Positions 46,101-59,683 of a DNA stretch of 64,000 nucleotides are shown one piece after another. Made by a program: the position numbers and the translations under genes. The notes under the pieces are model-generated. The model had not been told where the DNA came from. It worked only from the letters and a program-made list of their open reading frames with translations, and did no database searches. Origin of the DNA: Veleropilina oligotropha (Eukaryota). The stretch covers positions 124,001 to 188,000 of the forward strand of contig JBEUKZ010000075.1 in NCBI GenBank assembly GCA_048128005.1, in the 5' to 3' direction. The number at the start of each line of letters is the position of its first letter. Position 1 is the first letter of the stretch.

Positions 46101-49100
46101 TTACAGCTGTTTAGCACTTCCGGTGTGGCGGCCATCTTGGATTTCCAAGATATGATAGATAGAAGGTTAAAATTTGATTTGTAGGTAGATGTGGTGTTAA
46201 ATAGATACCAGTTAACATTTCAGCTGTGTGACGTCACTGGTTTATCGGCCATCTTGAATTTCCAAGATTTTGAAGATAGAAAGTTCAAATTTGGTTAATA
46301 GGTGCCTATGGTGTTTAATAGAAGATTGAAAACATTACAGCTGTTTAGCACTCCCGGTGTGGCGGCCATCTTGGATTTCCAAGATATTATAGATAGAAGG
46401 TTAAAATTTGAATTGTAGGTAGATTTAGTGTTAAATAGATGCCTGTAAACATTTCAGCTGCGTGACACCACTGGTTTGTCGGCCATCTTGAATTTCCAAG
46501 ATTTTGAAGATAGAAAGTTCAAATTTGGTTTATAGGTGCCTATGGTGTTTAATAGAAGATTGAAAACATTACAGCTGTTAAGCACTTCCGGTGTGGCGGC
46601 CATTTTGGGTTTCCAAGATATTATAGATAGAAGGCTAAAATTTGATTTGTACGTATATTTGGAGTTAGATAGATGCCTGTAAACATTTCACATATGTGGC
46701 GTCACTGGTATGGTAGCCATCTTGAATTTCCAAGATTTTGAAGATGGAAAGTTCAAATTTGGATTTTAGGTACATATGGTGTTTAATAGAAGCCTGAAAA
46801 CATTACAGCTGTTTAGCGCTTCAGGTGTGGCGGCCATCTTGGATTTCCAAGATATTATAGATAGAAGGTTAAAATTTGATTTGTAGGTATATTTGGTGTT
46901 AAATAGATGCCTGTAAACATTTCAGATGTGTGACGTCACACATATGGTGGCCATCTTGGATTTACAGGATATAATTTGAACTGGATTGCTTAGCTCATTA
47001 ACAAAGGCTTTAGCTTGGAGCCCTATAAGCTGATTTAATTTATTAGGGCTTCAAGCTTCAGGCTTGAAGACCTATTGTTATTGCTAAACCTTTTTTTAGG
47101 GCTTCAAGCTTCAGGCTTGAAGACCTATTGTTATTGCTAAACCTTTTTTAGGGCTTCAAGCTTCAGGCTTGAAGACCTATTGGTATTGCTAAACCTTTTT
47201 TTTTATTATTTGTCCGAATATTGTACCACCTAAATCTCAAAAACTATAAAAGGCATGAACTTGAAACTTAGCATATATGTACCTACCGTATTGAAGTAGT
47301 GCTTGAAAAATTTTCAGTTTGGTGGCGCCACCGGTTTGGCGGCCATCTGGTTTTATGCAAATATTTAAGAAACGCCATTTTGCTAATAACTTTGTTAAGA
47401 CTTCAGCTAGAGCAATGAACTTCAATATGTAAGTTAACTGGTCATCCCTTTGCAATTAGGTCAGCCGCCATCTTGGACTTTGCGTTTGGGCCCATTGCTA
47501 AAAAAGTCTCTGAAGAATTTTTCTGAAACTTGGAAGAATGCTTTGCCTATCATCTACTTAAAGTCTGTTAATAGATGGATTCTGAAATATCGTTTTAAGT
47601 GCCTCGTTTTGAGATATTCCCGATAATGGCGGCATTTTAAAAATGAATTTGATAAAAACCTATTTTCGTCAATCGAACAAAATTCACTTTTTTTTCTTGT
47701 AAATATGCACCATTGATGTTATTAAGTAAATACGAGTAAAAAAAATGATTAAAATATTCGAAATGTGAAGTTTGCTACAAATCCTCTCTCAGGGGCACTA
47801 ACTCCAATAATACATGAAGCACATCACTCAAATTTGGCATACTAATAGAGTGGTGTTCCAGCAACTTCATTGCATTGTTTTTCCATCCAAAGTTTGTAAA
47901 GTCGCCTCTTTGCGACATTCTTAATATCTCTTTAACCAAGTTATCTAACTATTCGAAATTTCCACCATCAAGTAAGATGCCAATACACTACATATACTGA
48001 AAATTTGAAGAAATTATGTTACGTATTTCCAAAGTTGGAGCGAGTTAAACAATGCGCATCATCGCGAAGTGCTCGGTTGCAATTATGGCAGTGAAAGCAT
48101 ATGTAGTTATTTTGAGGTCAATTTAATGAGCTCACTCGTGGAGCAGTGGTAGCGTTCTAGACTCCCAATTGGGAGGACCCGAGTTCGAATCACGATATGT
48201 CAAAAATATATTTTTGTGATTTTATGCATTTTTACAAATGCTTATGTGTAGCATGTCACTAGATGGTGTTATTTTGAGATCAATTTAATGAGCTCACTCG
48301 TGGAGCAGTGGTATCGTTTTGTGATTTTTAAATGGCAATATCTCTAAAATTGTTGCAGCTAGAGTAACGATATTTCATATTTAGGTGCATATGCCGATGC
48401 CCTTGCTATAGAAACCAATCTTGGCCAGATCGGTTAATTAGGTCATCCGACATCTTTGATTGAATTTTCCAAAAAATTTTAACAGCTAATATCTTCAATA
48501 ATATTGTAGCTAGAGACATGGTTACTATAGGGAGCCTATGGGAAGTCATGGGTGGGTATTCCAAATCCACTTTGACCTTTGACCTCAGGTGACCTATTTA
48601 AGGAAAAATGCCTATTTGGACGATATAAAATGGTCATAAAGGGGATAACTAGGTTAAGACTGGTCCTAGAGCTTAGATATTTTAAATTAGGTCAAATATT
48701 TTTTTGGAAAAAAACAAAATGGCCGCCGCATTAATAATCAAATGGCCATATCTCGAGAACTAAGCGGTGTAGAAATTTGAAATTTGCGGCATTCGATTCA
48801 GAGTGGCCATATGTTCATCATGAAATAATAAAATAAAAAATATATATTTCTTTTTTTTTAAATTTAATTTTCTTTAAAAAATTAAATTTAATTTGTTTTT
48901 ATTATATACATATAACGACTCTGAATCGCATGCCGCAAATTTCAGGCTTCTACCCAGCGTAGTTCTCGAGATATCTCCATATCTCTGATGAATTTTTCTG
49001 AAAATTGGAAGAATGATTCATCTATCAACTACTTAAATACTGTAAAAAGATGGGTTCTTAAAATTGTTTTAAGCGCCTCGCTTTGAGATCTAAATGATTT

Positions 49101-50264
49101 GGGCGGCCATTTTGAATTCATTAAATGGATATACCTCTAAAACTGTTACAGCTACAGTAATGCTATTTAATGTGAAGGTATTTTGGACTGATTCATTAAA
49201 CTTCACCCTTTTTAATACAGATTTCAGATATCCAAGTCCTGGATGGCATCACTGATCATAAACAAATCCGTAATCAATCAGGATAGACCTTGCTCGCCTT
49301 AATGTATATCTTTACACCAGTATTCAACTGATTCAACCATTGACACAAGCAAATAATCAACAAGTTGATCCACAACAACATATTAAAGAGGTAGAAGGAA
49401 TTTATTATGCACTTAATAAGTATACAAGAAAAAGCAGGCTACATTTTAACATATTAAGATCTGCAAAGATCTAATATTAGAGCTTGTCACATAGTTCCAG
49501 TACAATAACATACAGAAGCACAACATTGAATCACAAAGTAGAATATAAATAATGCAAAACATCCACTGTAATTTCCTTTCCTGTAAAAGCATTATACTTA
49601 ATTTCAATGTAACAAAATATTTCATTAATGTTGTAATAATAGCACACGCTCAATTTCCAAATACCACAACAAACTAAATATTTTTAAAAAGTCTTTAAAT
49701 ATATACAAATATGTACTATGCGAGTACTGACATAAATATAATAGAGATGTTGCCATTTATTTGCAATTGTTATGTCAATCGGTCTCAAAACTAACACTTA
49801 TCTGAGGATCAATCGGAAAAGCACAATTAGTAGCCCTATGACTGGAATTAGAACGATGCTTGAACAACTGAACGGTGGAGGAGACTCATCCTGCATGAAA
49901 ATACCCAAGCACATATCTAATACAAGTCGTTAAAATTTCCTAAAACTAGAATTGCCAGGGTGGCCATTACATGATTTGTTTACACAAGCAATATCTCGCA
50001 AATTATGCACTGTAGACACTAGTTACCATAGGGAGCCTATATGAGGTCATGGGCAATCTTTCAAATGTGACCTTGACCTTTGACTTCCGATGACCTTTTG
50101 ACCTATATATGACGTATATGTTAAATATTGACCTTGCAGGCGAGTTATTCACATCAGTGGTATAGGTAAAGCACATTGGACATGGATGTCAAGTATGGGG
50201 TTCGATTGCAACTACTGCAGCCACCACGGTTCGGACTTGAAGCCCTCACAGCTGCTTGCAGCTT

Positions 50265-51055
50265 TAATTGTCATTGTTTTTATTTACAGGTTTATTCACG
50301 TTTGTGTATTGACTATAATCAATATCTGTTTCGTTTGTTTCTTCTTTCACAATCCGTGCAATAGCGTCAGTCCTTGCGCGCACAACTTCTATCTCAGTGT
50401 TCATGTCCAATTCCTCGGCCTGCTGTTCTAGTCGAAACTTCGCTATGTTCAATTGCTGCTTTCTTTTCAAAGCTGCCGCACGGGCGTTCCACTCTGCGCG
50501 TTTTTGCTCTTCTTTGAGCCGGGCATGCAAACTAATGAGCTTTTGGCTGAAGATCTCGAGCGACTGGAAGTTCGACTACGACCACCAACCCTTGATGCAC
50601 TTTCACAGAGTGTCATTTCAGGCAAGTCTTCCGGATGGACCGATTTGCTCTGTTCGATATCTATCCAATTTTGAATGTCGTTTTTCACCGTTTTTAAATG
50701 CGTGTTCATTTGTGTGATTTGTTTTTCAATTTCAGGAACGTTATGTCCCTTTATGAGGTTAGCAAGTTCATCACATCGATATATGAATTCGGAGTATTCC
50801 TTTGAACAATCTGCTTACGCATTATAAACCGTAATCACTGGTTCTTTTCCACTAATGAGATTGTTTATATTTCGCAATTTCGTTTCGAGATTTCAATACC
50901 TTCACTTTTAAATCTACATTGTAATGTAGCCCTTTCTCAGTCGGATTTCTTTTGCGACCGTCGGATTTTCCTTCGAGTTGGGAATCTTCAGAGACTGGTT
51001 CTGTTTCTATTTTCTCCATGACGTCACGGTGTTCTCGTATAGGGTCATACGTCAA
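50265..51055 (-). pseudogene. BEL/Pao gag N-terminal part
   Basis: RKRNPTEKG, VHPED..ASR Ser-rich segment and coiled coil; continues into 38837 across the array. Confidence 0.75.
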
Positions 51056-51387
51056 TGTTATAATACGTTAAAATAACTCTGCGCATGCGCTAGAAGCGAC
51101 ACGAAAACTAAATTGCTGTACGAATCAAGAAGGAAATCAGCTAAGTATTAGTATTAAAAGGTGTTTTTATTATATGCAAATCGGATACATCATATCATCA
51201 CATAATAGCAGTGACATTGAGAAAATTTAGGGACGTTTGATAAAGTATTATTTGTGAAATTGTTATTTTTTCTGTTTGACAAAGGGCTCATTGGTAAGTC
51301 GCCATATTGTAATATTGTCGCCATATTGTAAACAATTTATCTATAGGAAGTTTCTTTCTTTTTTGTTTAATTCACGGTTATTTAGAA

Positions 51388-52130
51388 TGGGTAGTCGAAA
51401 TATTGTATGCATGGATGGGGATATGTTGTGCAAATGGATCTGTTGTGATAAGTGTGAGATGTGGGCAGTTTTTGCGACTGAGTGTGCGAAAGTGGAGTTT
51501 GATTATGCGTGCATTGATGAGTTTGTTTTCGTATGTGACAAATGCAATACTCTTGACGCTGCCGTTGAACTACTGGAGGAAATCTTAAACAAGGAAAACT
51601 GCGACGTTGGAATCCAGACGGACGACATCTCCAAGACAGAAACAGAAGTCGAGACGACTGATACATGGAAATTAGTGCGGAAAAGAAACAAGAAGGCGGA
51701 TACAACAACAACAACGACGACGACGACGCTAACAGGTAATAGATATGCATGTCTGTCTGATGAAATGATTGATCTTCGGAAGAGTGACACAAATGTAATA
51801 GAAGACAAGAATGAATGTGATACAAATGACACGAAAGAGGCTGGTATGAATGTAGCAGGAGTTGAGTGGGAGGTTTTAGACGAATATATAGCGTCGGATA
51901 ATATTGTTTTGATAGGTTCATCTATAGTTAGGAACGCTGATAAAACTGTTTGTGCTGTTCACAGGAAAAGAAGAACGAGAGTGTGTTTACCGGGAGCCAA
52001 GATAGAAGATATCACGTCGAGGGCGGACAGTCTGACTGCGGGGGAAGGCACTGTTGTAGTTATCATAGGGACTAACAACATCGACAAGGACAGTCCCGAG
52101 GAAATGAAGAAGTACCAGGAATTACTGTAG
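51388..52130 (+). pseudogene. LINE ORF1 (PHD finger plus SGNH esterase, L2/CR1 type), truncated at the 3' end
   Basis: WICCDKCEMW...C...FVCDKC; LIGSSIVR, CLPGAKIEDI, IIGTNNI esterase blocks. Confidence 0.8.
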
Positions 52131-52738
52131 CCCTTTCTCAGTCGGATTTCTTTTGCGACCGTCGGATTTTCCTTCGAGTTGGAAATCTTCAGAGACTGGT
52201 TCTGTTTCTGGTTTCTCCATGACGTCACGGTGTTCTCGTGCTTCTCGTATAGGGTCATAAGTCAATGTTATAAAACGTCATAACACGCCAATGAAATTCA
52301 AGCTGTACGTTTTGTTTTATTACAATACTGGAGTAACATCTGTGGTATACAGCCGACATTTATTGACGGCAAGCAAAATAAACAAATATTAATTTACTTA
52401 AAAACCGATGATACAGTAATAAGGAATGATAAATACATCATTAACTAATTAATTATATGTTGTTAACTGCATCTATACATAATTTTGTATGCATGATATT
52501 ACCTAACTAATTAACTAACAAACTATATCTAAATATACCACAAAATCAATTCGTACCGTATGTTGTGACCATTTCTTTACCTACGAGAGCCGCACAACGT
52601 TCACAGGTGCTGCCATTTTCATTACAGGTATTCGAGGTCACGTGATTGCAATTACATAACAGTCGATTATATAATAATCTGTTAAAAGTTATCTCCCTTA
52701 CATCACTTCATGAGGCCTATTAATTATATCCATGATAA

Positions 52739-53030
52739 TCTTAATATAATGGAGCTATAATTGTATGCGGGTCTGTCTGTCTGTTTCAAGTTGAACTCCT
52801 CCCAGACGCTTTGACCTAGGACCTTCAAACTTTGGGGGGTTAATCGGGGTCCCCCAAGGAAGGTTTACCACGAAAAAAATTCGGAAAATTCGCCAAAAAA
52901 AAAAACATTTACTATCATTTTTAATATAATCGAGAAAAAAAAAAAAAAAAAAAAGGTGCACTATCCAAAAAAAAAAAAAAAAAATTTGGCCTGGGGGGAC
53001 TTACCCGGCGAAGACGGGTACCAATGCTAG
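52739..53030 (+). mobile_element. Non-autonomous Helitron inserted in the 5' LTR
   Basis: 5' TC, 3' hairpin ACCCGGCGAAGACGGGT then CTAG; sits between A and T; absent from the other LTR. Confidence 0.8.
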
Positions 53031-54948
53031 TTCAGACCAATAATAAAGACAAAGTACGTTAGGCCGTTACATTACATTTCACCAACGTCGTCTACAAATA
53101 GCTAAACACAGTCTACTACGACGTAGTCCAATGCGAGTTTGACATTGTCCGCGCTTCGGATGCAAAGCGAGAACAACATTATAATCCGAGTGCCACTCAA
53201 CGAATTGAGGTCAAATGAAAGGTTACGGAATAGAAGTATTTGAAAATGGCTGTGGAGACGGGTACTCACAAGAATTTGTACCATGAGAAATGCGCAGTTT
53301 TTCTGGTGAATATAGGAACGTCATGTATTTAAATGTATAAAAAGTGATGAAGCGACATCATCGTTGTCTCTTTTGATATTGTGGAGTATACATGAATAGG
53401 GAATCGATCTCATCTCAGCCTTTCTAGTTTACAGATGACATCGTAATCCAGAATCTAAACTGATTTATGCGAATTTTATTTTTAAAACATCAAAGACTAT
53501 TTCAGACTATGTTTCTTGTTCGCTTGTGGTCAGTAACGTATCGTATTTATTCGTCAGTAGATGGTCGTAAAACAGTTGTGAGAAGAAATCTCTAACATGT
53601 ATACACGTATTCATCCAGCAGGCTGCGTTAATAAACTCTCGAAGTCTCTGCGAGTACTATTCTGAAATATACGACTGTCCAATATATCCAGTGAACAATA
53701 ACAATACGAAATTATAATCTGATCATCACACACCATCTGAACATTAATGGAGTAACGAAAGAAAGACCAATCAAACCAGGGTCCACCACTTTCGTATACG
53801 GGGCCAAGCCTTTGACTTAGACCGCGTTGGCGAAACGTATTTTCATTTAGACATAGTCTAAAAGATTTTTAACAGCGTCTAAAGATTGGACTTGGTTGGT
53901 GAAATCGGTTGACACTGTCTAGGCAGCGCAGACATCGAGCTGATTTGAACCAACGAGTTAATCTACCTCGCCACGTTGGCGATATGATCGAGCAGCTTAC
54001 AACGAATGCTGTACATTATATCAACTTTGTGTAGATCCTCTTTTTTATCCATTTTAAAAATATTAGAGCATTTTCCTCCAAATCATCATGTATGTAAAGT
54101 AACGCCATTATTGTAAATCAGATTGCTGAATATCATGATTACACACTGTCCAAATAGTGTTTGTAACAGGGACCAAGTATGATCAAAATTTCGTACATTG
54201 CAGACGCTCGTCTGTGACGCGTCATTATTTTGCAAATGCAACCGGAAAATCATTCAATTGGATCGCGCAAACTAACACACAAAGTCATTATGGACAATTC
54301 ACAGATAAAACAAAATGGATGACAATCTTCTAAATATCATGGAACAGCTTTTAATTTTAATAGAAGTACAGATATTAAAAACTTGCAAGCGAAATTGTTG
54401 TTTATTTCACCTTTGGATAACGACGACCTGGACAATTGATCTTGAGTCATCAAAACTACTCACAAAAAACACGGAGAAACAGTCGCTGGTGTATCCTCAC
54501 TTAACTGAAGCATTAATTAGACCCCTATGGTGTAATATATTTGGAACGTTAGAAAAGGGTCAATGTAAAGAAATACTACGAACAAGCAAGCAGAGTGTGT
54601 CTAGATTATAAGTTGAAAATCAGTAGAGCAATGTGCATGGTGCAATAAAGTTACAGAGCTAGCTCAAGTTCAGTTTTGAGCGCAAAAGGTTTGATGATCG
54701 CCATCTATACTGGCGTGAACATACTAATAAGGAAAACTGATGTCTTGTGTGTCGGGTTTCTGGCGTGATGATCACCACTAAAAGTTCTTTCAATTAAACG
54801 TTCACGTACAAGTCTGATACTTGGTAGAACAATAGTAATATATAATCATGGATTACAAAAATTCAACTCTGGCGTTTTTAATTAAGAACGGTCATTTTGA
54901 AAGGTTATTGGGTGCATCAAGTACACCGCTAACGCGTCTTTCAATTAA

Positions 54949-55436
54949 GCCACAGTCACATATAGCAAGAGTGAACTACAGATGCCACCGGATGGCCCGG
55001 GGTGCATCTCCGAGGCCGTCCGAGAAGTTGACCAAATATTTTGCAAGGAACACGGGACCAGTACGGTTCTACTACGGATAGCCAAGGTATGACTACGGTG
55101 GCTCGGGATAGACCGTAGTATATCCGGGAAACATGCGTCCGTCCGGGACGAACCGTGACCATCCATAGTAACACCGTGTTGAATCCGGCACGTTTCTCGG
55201 ATATAATACGGATCGACCTAATACGGTCTTTCCCGGAACACGGTAGTCATCCGAAGTCATACCTCGATCATCCATAACGCGATCGCCGCAGTAGAACCGT
55301 ACTGGAACCGTGTTCCTCGAAAAATATTTGATCAGCTTCCCTGGCGGCCCCGATGATGGACACCGGACCCTCCGGTGGTATCAGTGGTCATCCGTAATTC
55401 ATCATTGTTGTACAATAGACTTATTATGACTGGGGC
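54949..55436. mobile_element. Palindromic MITE flanked by TTAA
   Basis: GCCACAGTCA... / ...TGACTGGGGC ends; internal inverted segments (ACGGTTCTACTACGG / CCGCAGTAGAACCGT). Confidence 0.7.
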
Positions 55437-57485
55437 TTAACCAAGAATTACACAAAAGCAACTCAATAAATAAAATGTGTGACGTTTAAAGATACTATTG
55501 CCCGTAAATGCGCTCTTTTCGTGACTGTATAGCATGACTGATCACCCTATATCGCAGGGTTTGCGCAGATTGATGCAAATTTCTCAAAGATATGATCGAT
55601 ATATGATCAAATGATAGACTTTTGTTGAAATTATTATTGTAACTGGGCAATATATGTTATTATTATATGCCAGTCGTTTTCTGACGCCTATTCTCGCGCA
55701 GTGTTCCGAGACCCTGTTTCACGGACACAGCTGATATGGAAACGGAAAACGTCTCCTGCTTATATATTCAAAATGGCTGCCAAATCGAAGGAACTACTTC
55801 CAAAGCAGTCACGTGTCAAAACACAGCTCTTCACATTCAATAACGATCTGAGTGGACAGAGGCAGACGTCATTTGATTAAAATACCATAGATGAAAATAC
55901 CATAGAGAAAAATGTACAAAATTAGAAATTAATTATTATATATTAGAATAAAATGATGTACATGTATGCAAAAAATAATTATTAATAAGACTTACTTGCA
56001 CATATTAATTAGCAGCACGACTAACGACGAGAATGCGTGCCCCATTTGGGCGTACAACTGTACAGGGAATACTAACGGTAGCGACCAGACGATCTTCAGA
56101 ACTCACCGAAATACCCCTTTTATCTGTCCATAAACCACTCTAGAAAAGCTGCTGGTAATTGGTACAAATTTCAACCTCATGGCGAAGGCAGTCTCCGTAA
56201 TGGTAATATGCGACTATGCTCAACATTGAGCCCGGCACATGGCCGGGAGAAGAAGAAGATATAACAAATGGCGGTCTTCATGGCAGGAAAACAAATCACG
56301 AGCTCACGTACATTCCGAAGTCCACCCGTACCATATACATAATAGTCCCGTTCCACCCAGTCCTCGAAGCAGCACTCAAATATCCTTAAACACCTGCACT
56401 ATAACAATTAATTCAAACTCTATAAACGAACACGTTGTCTGACCACGTTACTTGTTTGTTCCTTGTTCATTCGCCTAAGAAATAGTTCCCATTTAATCGC
56501 CTTAATTTAGATTCACGAAAAGCGATAGATGGTAAATAATTAGTTAAATATTCTATAAATGGTATACCTAATATATGTCAGAAAAAAATTTGCTTTTAAA
56601 TGTGTTGTTGTAAAATATACGGCACAACGCAAATTGTTCACTGGCCTACTGTCAAAATAGACGTAGTAAGTTTCATTCATAAAAACCGCATAACATGTAT
56701 ACTGTTCCAAGTTGTCATATAGTTCACGTTATTTAAATTAAACCGACAATTTCTTCACATAAACTGGTTTGTATTTTTTGGCATAATAATTGACAGGATT
56801 GATTGTGGCATATAATAAAAATGTTATCAGTAATTGTGTGGATTCTGGCACCTCGGAAACTTCGAGTGACGTCGTAGTTTTTGCGGCGAATTAATCGCGA
56901 GAACGAAGTAGAAAGCTATCTTACTTGACGAGCAGAAACCTACGCAACTGTGCTCCAACTAGGTCAATTGGAAATGCTCTCGGTGTGAGGTAATTAAACG
57001 CGGACCGCGTTTTATCATTTTTAAATATTCAGTAGCGATTAAGCGATTAATTACTGCGAAAGTTGAGTGTTGAATATTCCTACATATTTATGTTATAAAC
57101 AAAAAGTGTAATGCAGTTAGTTTAAAAAAAGGGAGTACATTTACGGGCAATAGTCTCTTTAAAGTAAGAACGGTATTTTTGAAAGGTGCATCGTTTACAC
57201 GCGTACAAATAAGTTGTGTCGCTGTAATTATCACATCAAATGTAGAAACAAAAAACAAGCCAAAGAAAAACTTTTTTTTTCTAATAATAATGCCCACTAT
57301 TTCAATGAAATAGCCACTGAAATTACTTTTAATTACGTGTTTATGTACAATGAATCCGTTTCGTTGAAATTGTTATATGAACAGTTCCAAAAACAAGAAT
57401 TTAGGTTTACGTTTATTGACCTTTTCGAATAAGAACTACACTTAATTTTTCTCTAGGCACCACCTTCATAAGTGACACCGAACGT

Positions 57486-58093
57486 TCAGTTGTCCGTCCT
57501 AGAACAATATCGAAGGGATATAAATGTGACAGCTTCCTTAAATCTGCTCTAAAAATAATTTTCAGAAAACATCTGTACATTATATATTTAACAATAATAC
57601 GTTAACTAGCAATAATTAATATGTTTTTAAATTCATTTTCCATTTTGTAACAAATAAATGAAATAATCTAAATAGTTATATATATGCAATGGGCAAAGAT
57701 TGCTAAGAACAACGTGTTAAAATGTGACATTATGTGCATCGATCCAAGCCAAACCAGCAAAAAGACATTATCGCCGGATGAAATCCTTGTCCCCAGGAAA
57801 AAGCCGTATGTTGCCCAGTTATAGGCAACTGTGACTGTTAACTACACAAAACCCTTCTCGAATTTCTGTCTACATTAGCATTGGGCAGCAGATCCACAAA
57901 ATGGGCAGAATTTGTAATCTTCTGAAATAGATTTATTAAATTCAAGGCAGTGCATCGAAAATGTAGCTTATAGGTGGAAAGCACGTGTCTGAAGGCATGT
58001 TGGTTTTTGCTTGTGACTCGCTTTTCGCTTCTCGCTGGTCACTGTTCACTTGCCACTGTTCGCTGTTCGCATGTCACAACCGGTGTTCCGTAA
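57486..58093 (-). repeat. Right arm of the long-range inverted repeat
   Basis: Reverse complement of 27737-28595 without the SINE. Confidence 0.9.
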
Positions 58094-58744
58094 CTACAAA
58101 CAGTATATGTTATAGCATATGGACCACTATATATCTATTCATTTCAATTTCTCATATAAGCCATAGCCGCACAGGTGACGTAATGGAAGATGAGTGGCTC
58201 TCAAGTCATTCGCATGACTGCTGCGATTAACAGGAATGGGTTCGAATTCTCGGCCCGACATTATGTTACCTTTACAGTCACAGTTGTCGGTAGCTGTCAG
58301 TGATGACGAGTTTTCCCGGGTAACCAGGCTTTCCTCTCGTGATAATATGGACATATATCACGGTATGATCCTGAAGGGTGTTTACAGATTGAATATTATA
58401 TGCATCGATCCAATTCAATGCAATATATACCATTCTTGTATATGTTGTGTGTAATACCTTAGTGGTGTACTATTGCATAATATATTCGAATGTGAGTTAT
58501 TTGTTTGGTATAATGAAAATACACATACAATTATAAATTATCGAATTATTTAAATGGGAGCGCAGACTCCAAAACATATAATCACAAAATATGGCCATCA
58601 AAGGGAATTGTCAATGTCAATCAAATTTTATTCGTGTACATGTATTGAAAAAACCCCACAACACATTGATTGTAATGGCATTTGGAGAATGATTAGTCAG
58701 TATTCCGGATGAAGCGTTCTTCTTTCTATGCAAAGAGAGATGAC

Positions 58745-59010
58745 TGCAATGGATCCCCTCCCACTGTGGTATCATTGGCAACGACGAAGCTTACAAAATG
58801 GCAAAGTTGGTGCGAAAGATGAAAAACAAGCGAACAAAGTCACCACCACAGCTAAGAGATAAAGACTTTATCAAGTCACTCATTCATCAACATCAGGACG
58901 GATACATCCATCTGTCAAGAGCAGAGCAGGCGTATCTCTCCCGTCTGCGAACGCCTATTGACCTACAGGAGAAGTTGTATGGACCGGCTGAGGCCTTCTG
59001 GAAGACTAGA
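58745..59010 (+). pseudogene. 3' fragment of an RNase H-containing LINE
   Basis: LQWIPSHCGIIGNDEAYKMAK (RNase H end) then LSRAEQAYLSRLRT. Confidence 0.7.
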
Positions 59011-59435
59011 AATAAAAGTGTGATGCGAACCAAAACAAGAAGACAAAGAGTATTAATTACCCTTGATGACTGTTGCAAAACACCGAAACATGACTGATTA
59101 ATCATTTATAAATTAATGCTTGAATCTGTGGTGTATCAATTCCAGGGAGTTCACCTTTTGGACAGCATGGTGTTGACTCTGAATACATAATCCGCAGAGG
59201 GGAACTTTGTTCATTTAACTGTCGGCGCTGGCCGTAGAGGACGGATTTTCAGGAGATCGGGCTTTCATCCAGAGATAATATTGACATGTTCTGGTATGAT
59301 CCAGAAGGTTTTTAACGGTCATCAAAAATAAACAAAATCCTTGAAAATATTTATTTCTCTTTGATCAACCATATTATTACATTGCAGAAAAGGAAATTTG
59401 AAGAAATATATACATACTGGATGATATTAACAATC

Positions 59436-59683
59436 TTATGCAATAGTTTTTATGACTTTGGAGGTGTCGAATGATTTTCTGGCTGCAGCATCTCGGCTAC
59501 TCGTCTTACTTTGTTCAGGTTTTGATATCAAGATCGAGTGTCTTTTCAACAAACATCCATTGCATACCGATCTTCGCATTACGATCATGAGTAATGAAAC
59601 CAAGAACAATGTGCTACAGATAAGCACTGCGCATGCTACACTGAACACAATTTGGTAGGACCCCGTACTGTCTCGAATGAACC
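59436..59683 (-). CDS. MCT/SLC16-like MFS transporter, last coding exon
   Basis: tttcag acceptor, phase 1; G|FIRDSTGSYQIVFSVACAVLI matches the G..D.TGSY motif before TM12. Confidence 0.8.

Larger units (their letters stand above)
38842..50264 (+). mobile_element. Head-to-tail array (A-B-A-B) of Helentron-associated non-autonomous elements inserted in gag
   Basis: 5' subTIR AGGGCTTCAAG (38842, 38911, 41972, 47045, 47098, 47150); 3' CTTGAAGCCCT plus hairpin AGCTGCTTGCAGCT (44221, 50236); gag reads through when the array is removed at TAATT. Confidence 0.8.
28871..53071 (-). mobile_element. Decayed BEL/Pao LTR retrotransposon with nested insertions
   Basis: LTRs ~28871-33488 and 52266-53071 (TG...CA at the right copy); PPT-like AGGGGCCAGAA; gag, protease, RT, RNase H and integrase fragments in BEL order. 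Confidence 0.9.

Noticed and set aside
39005..47455. Repeated 60-85 aa ORFs as a gene family
   Set aside because: They recur only because the non-coding element is tandemly repeated; no protein motifs
54250..56440. Possible decayed coding fragments (e.g. FDDRHLYW near 54690; LINE-like bits at 56000-56440)
   Set aside because: Too degenerate to assign without a search
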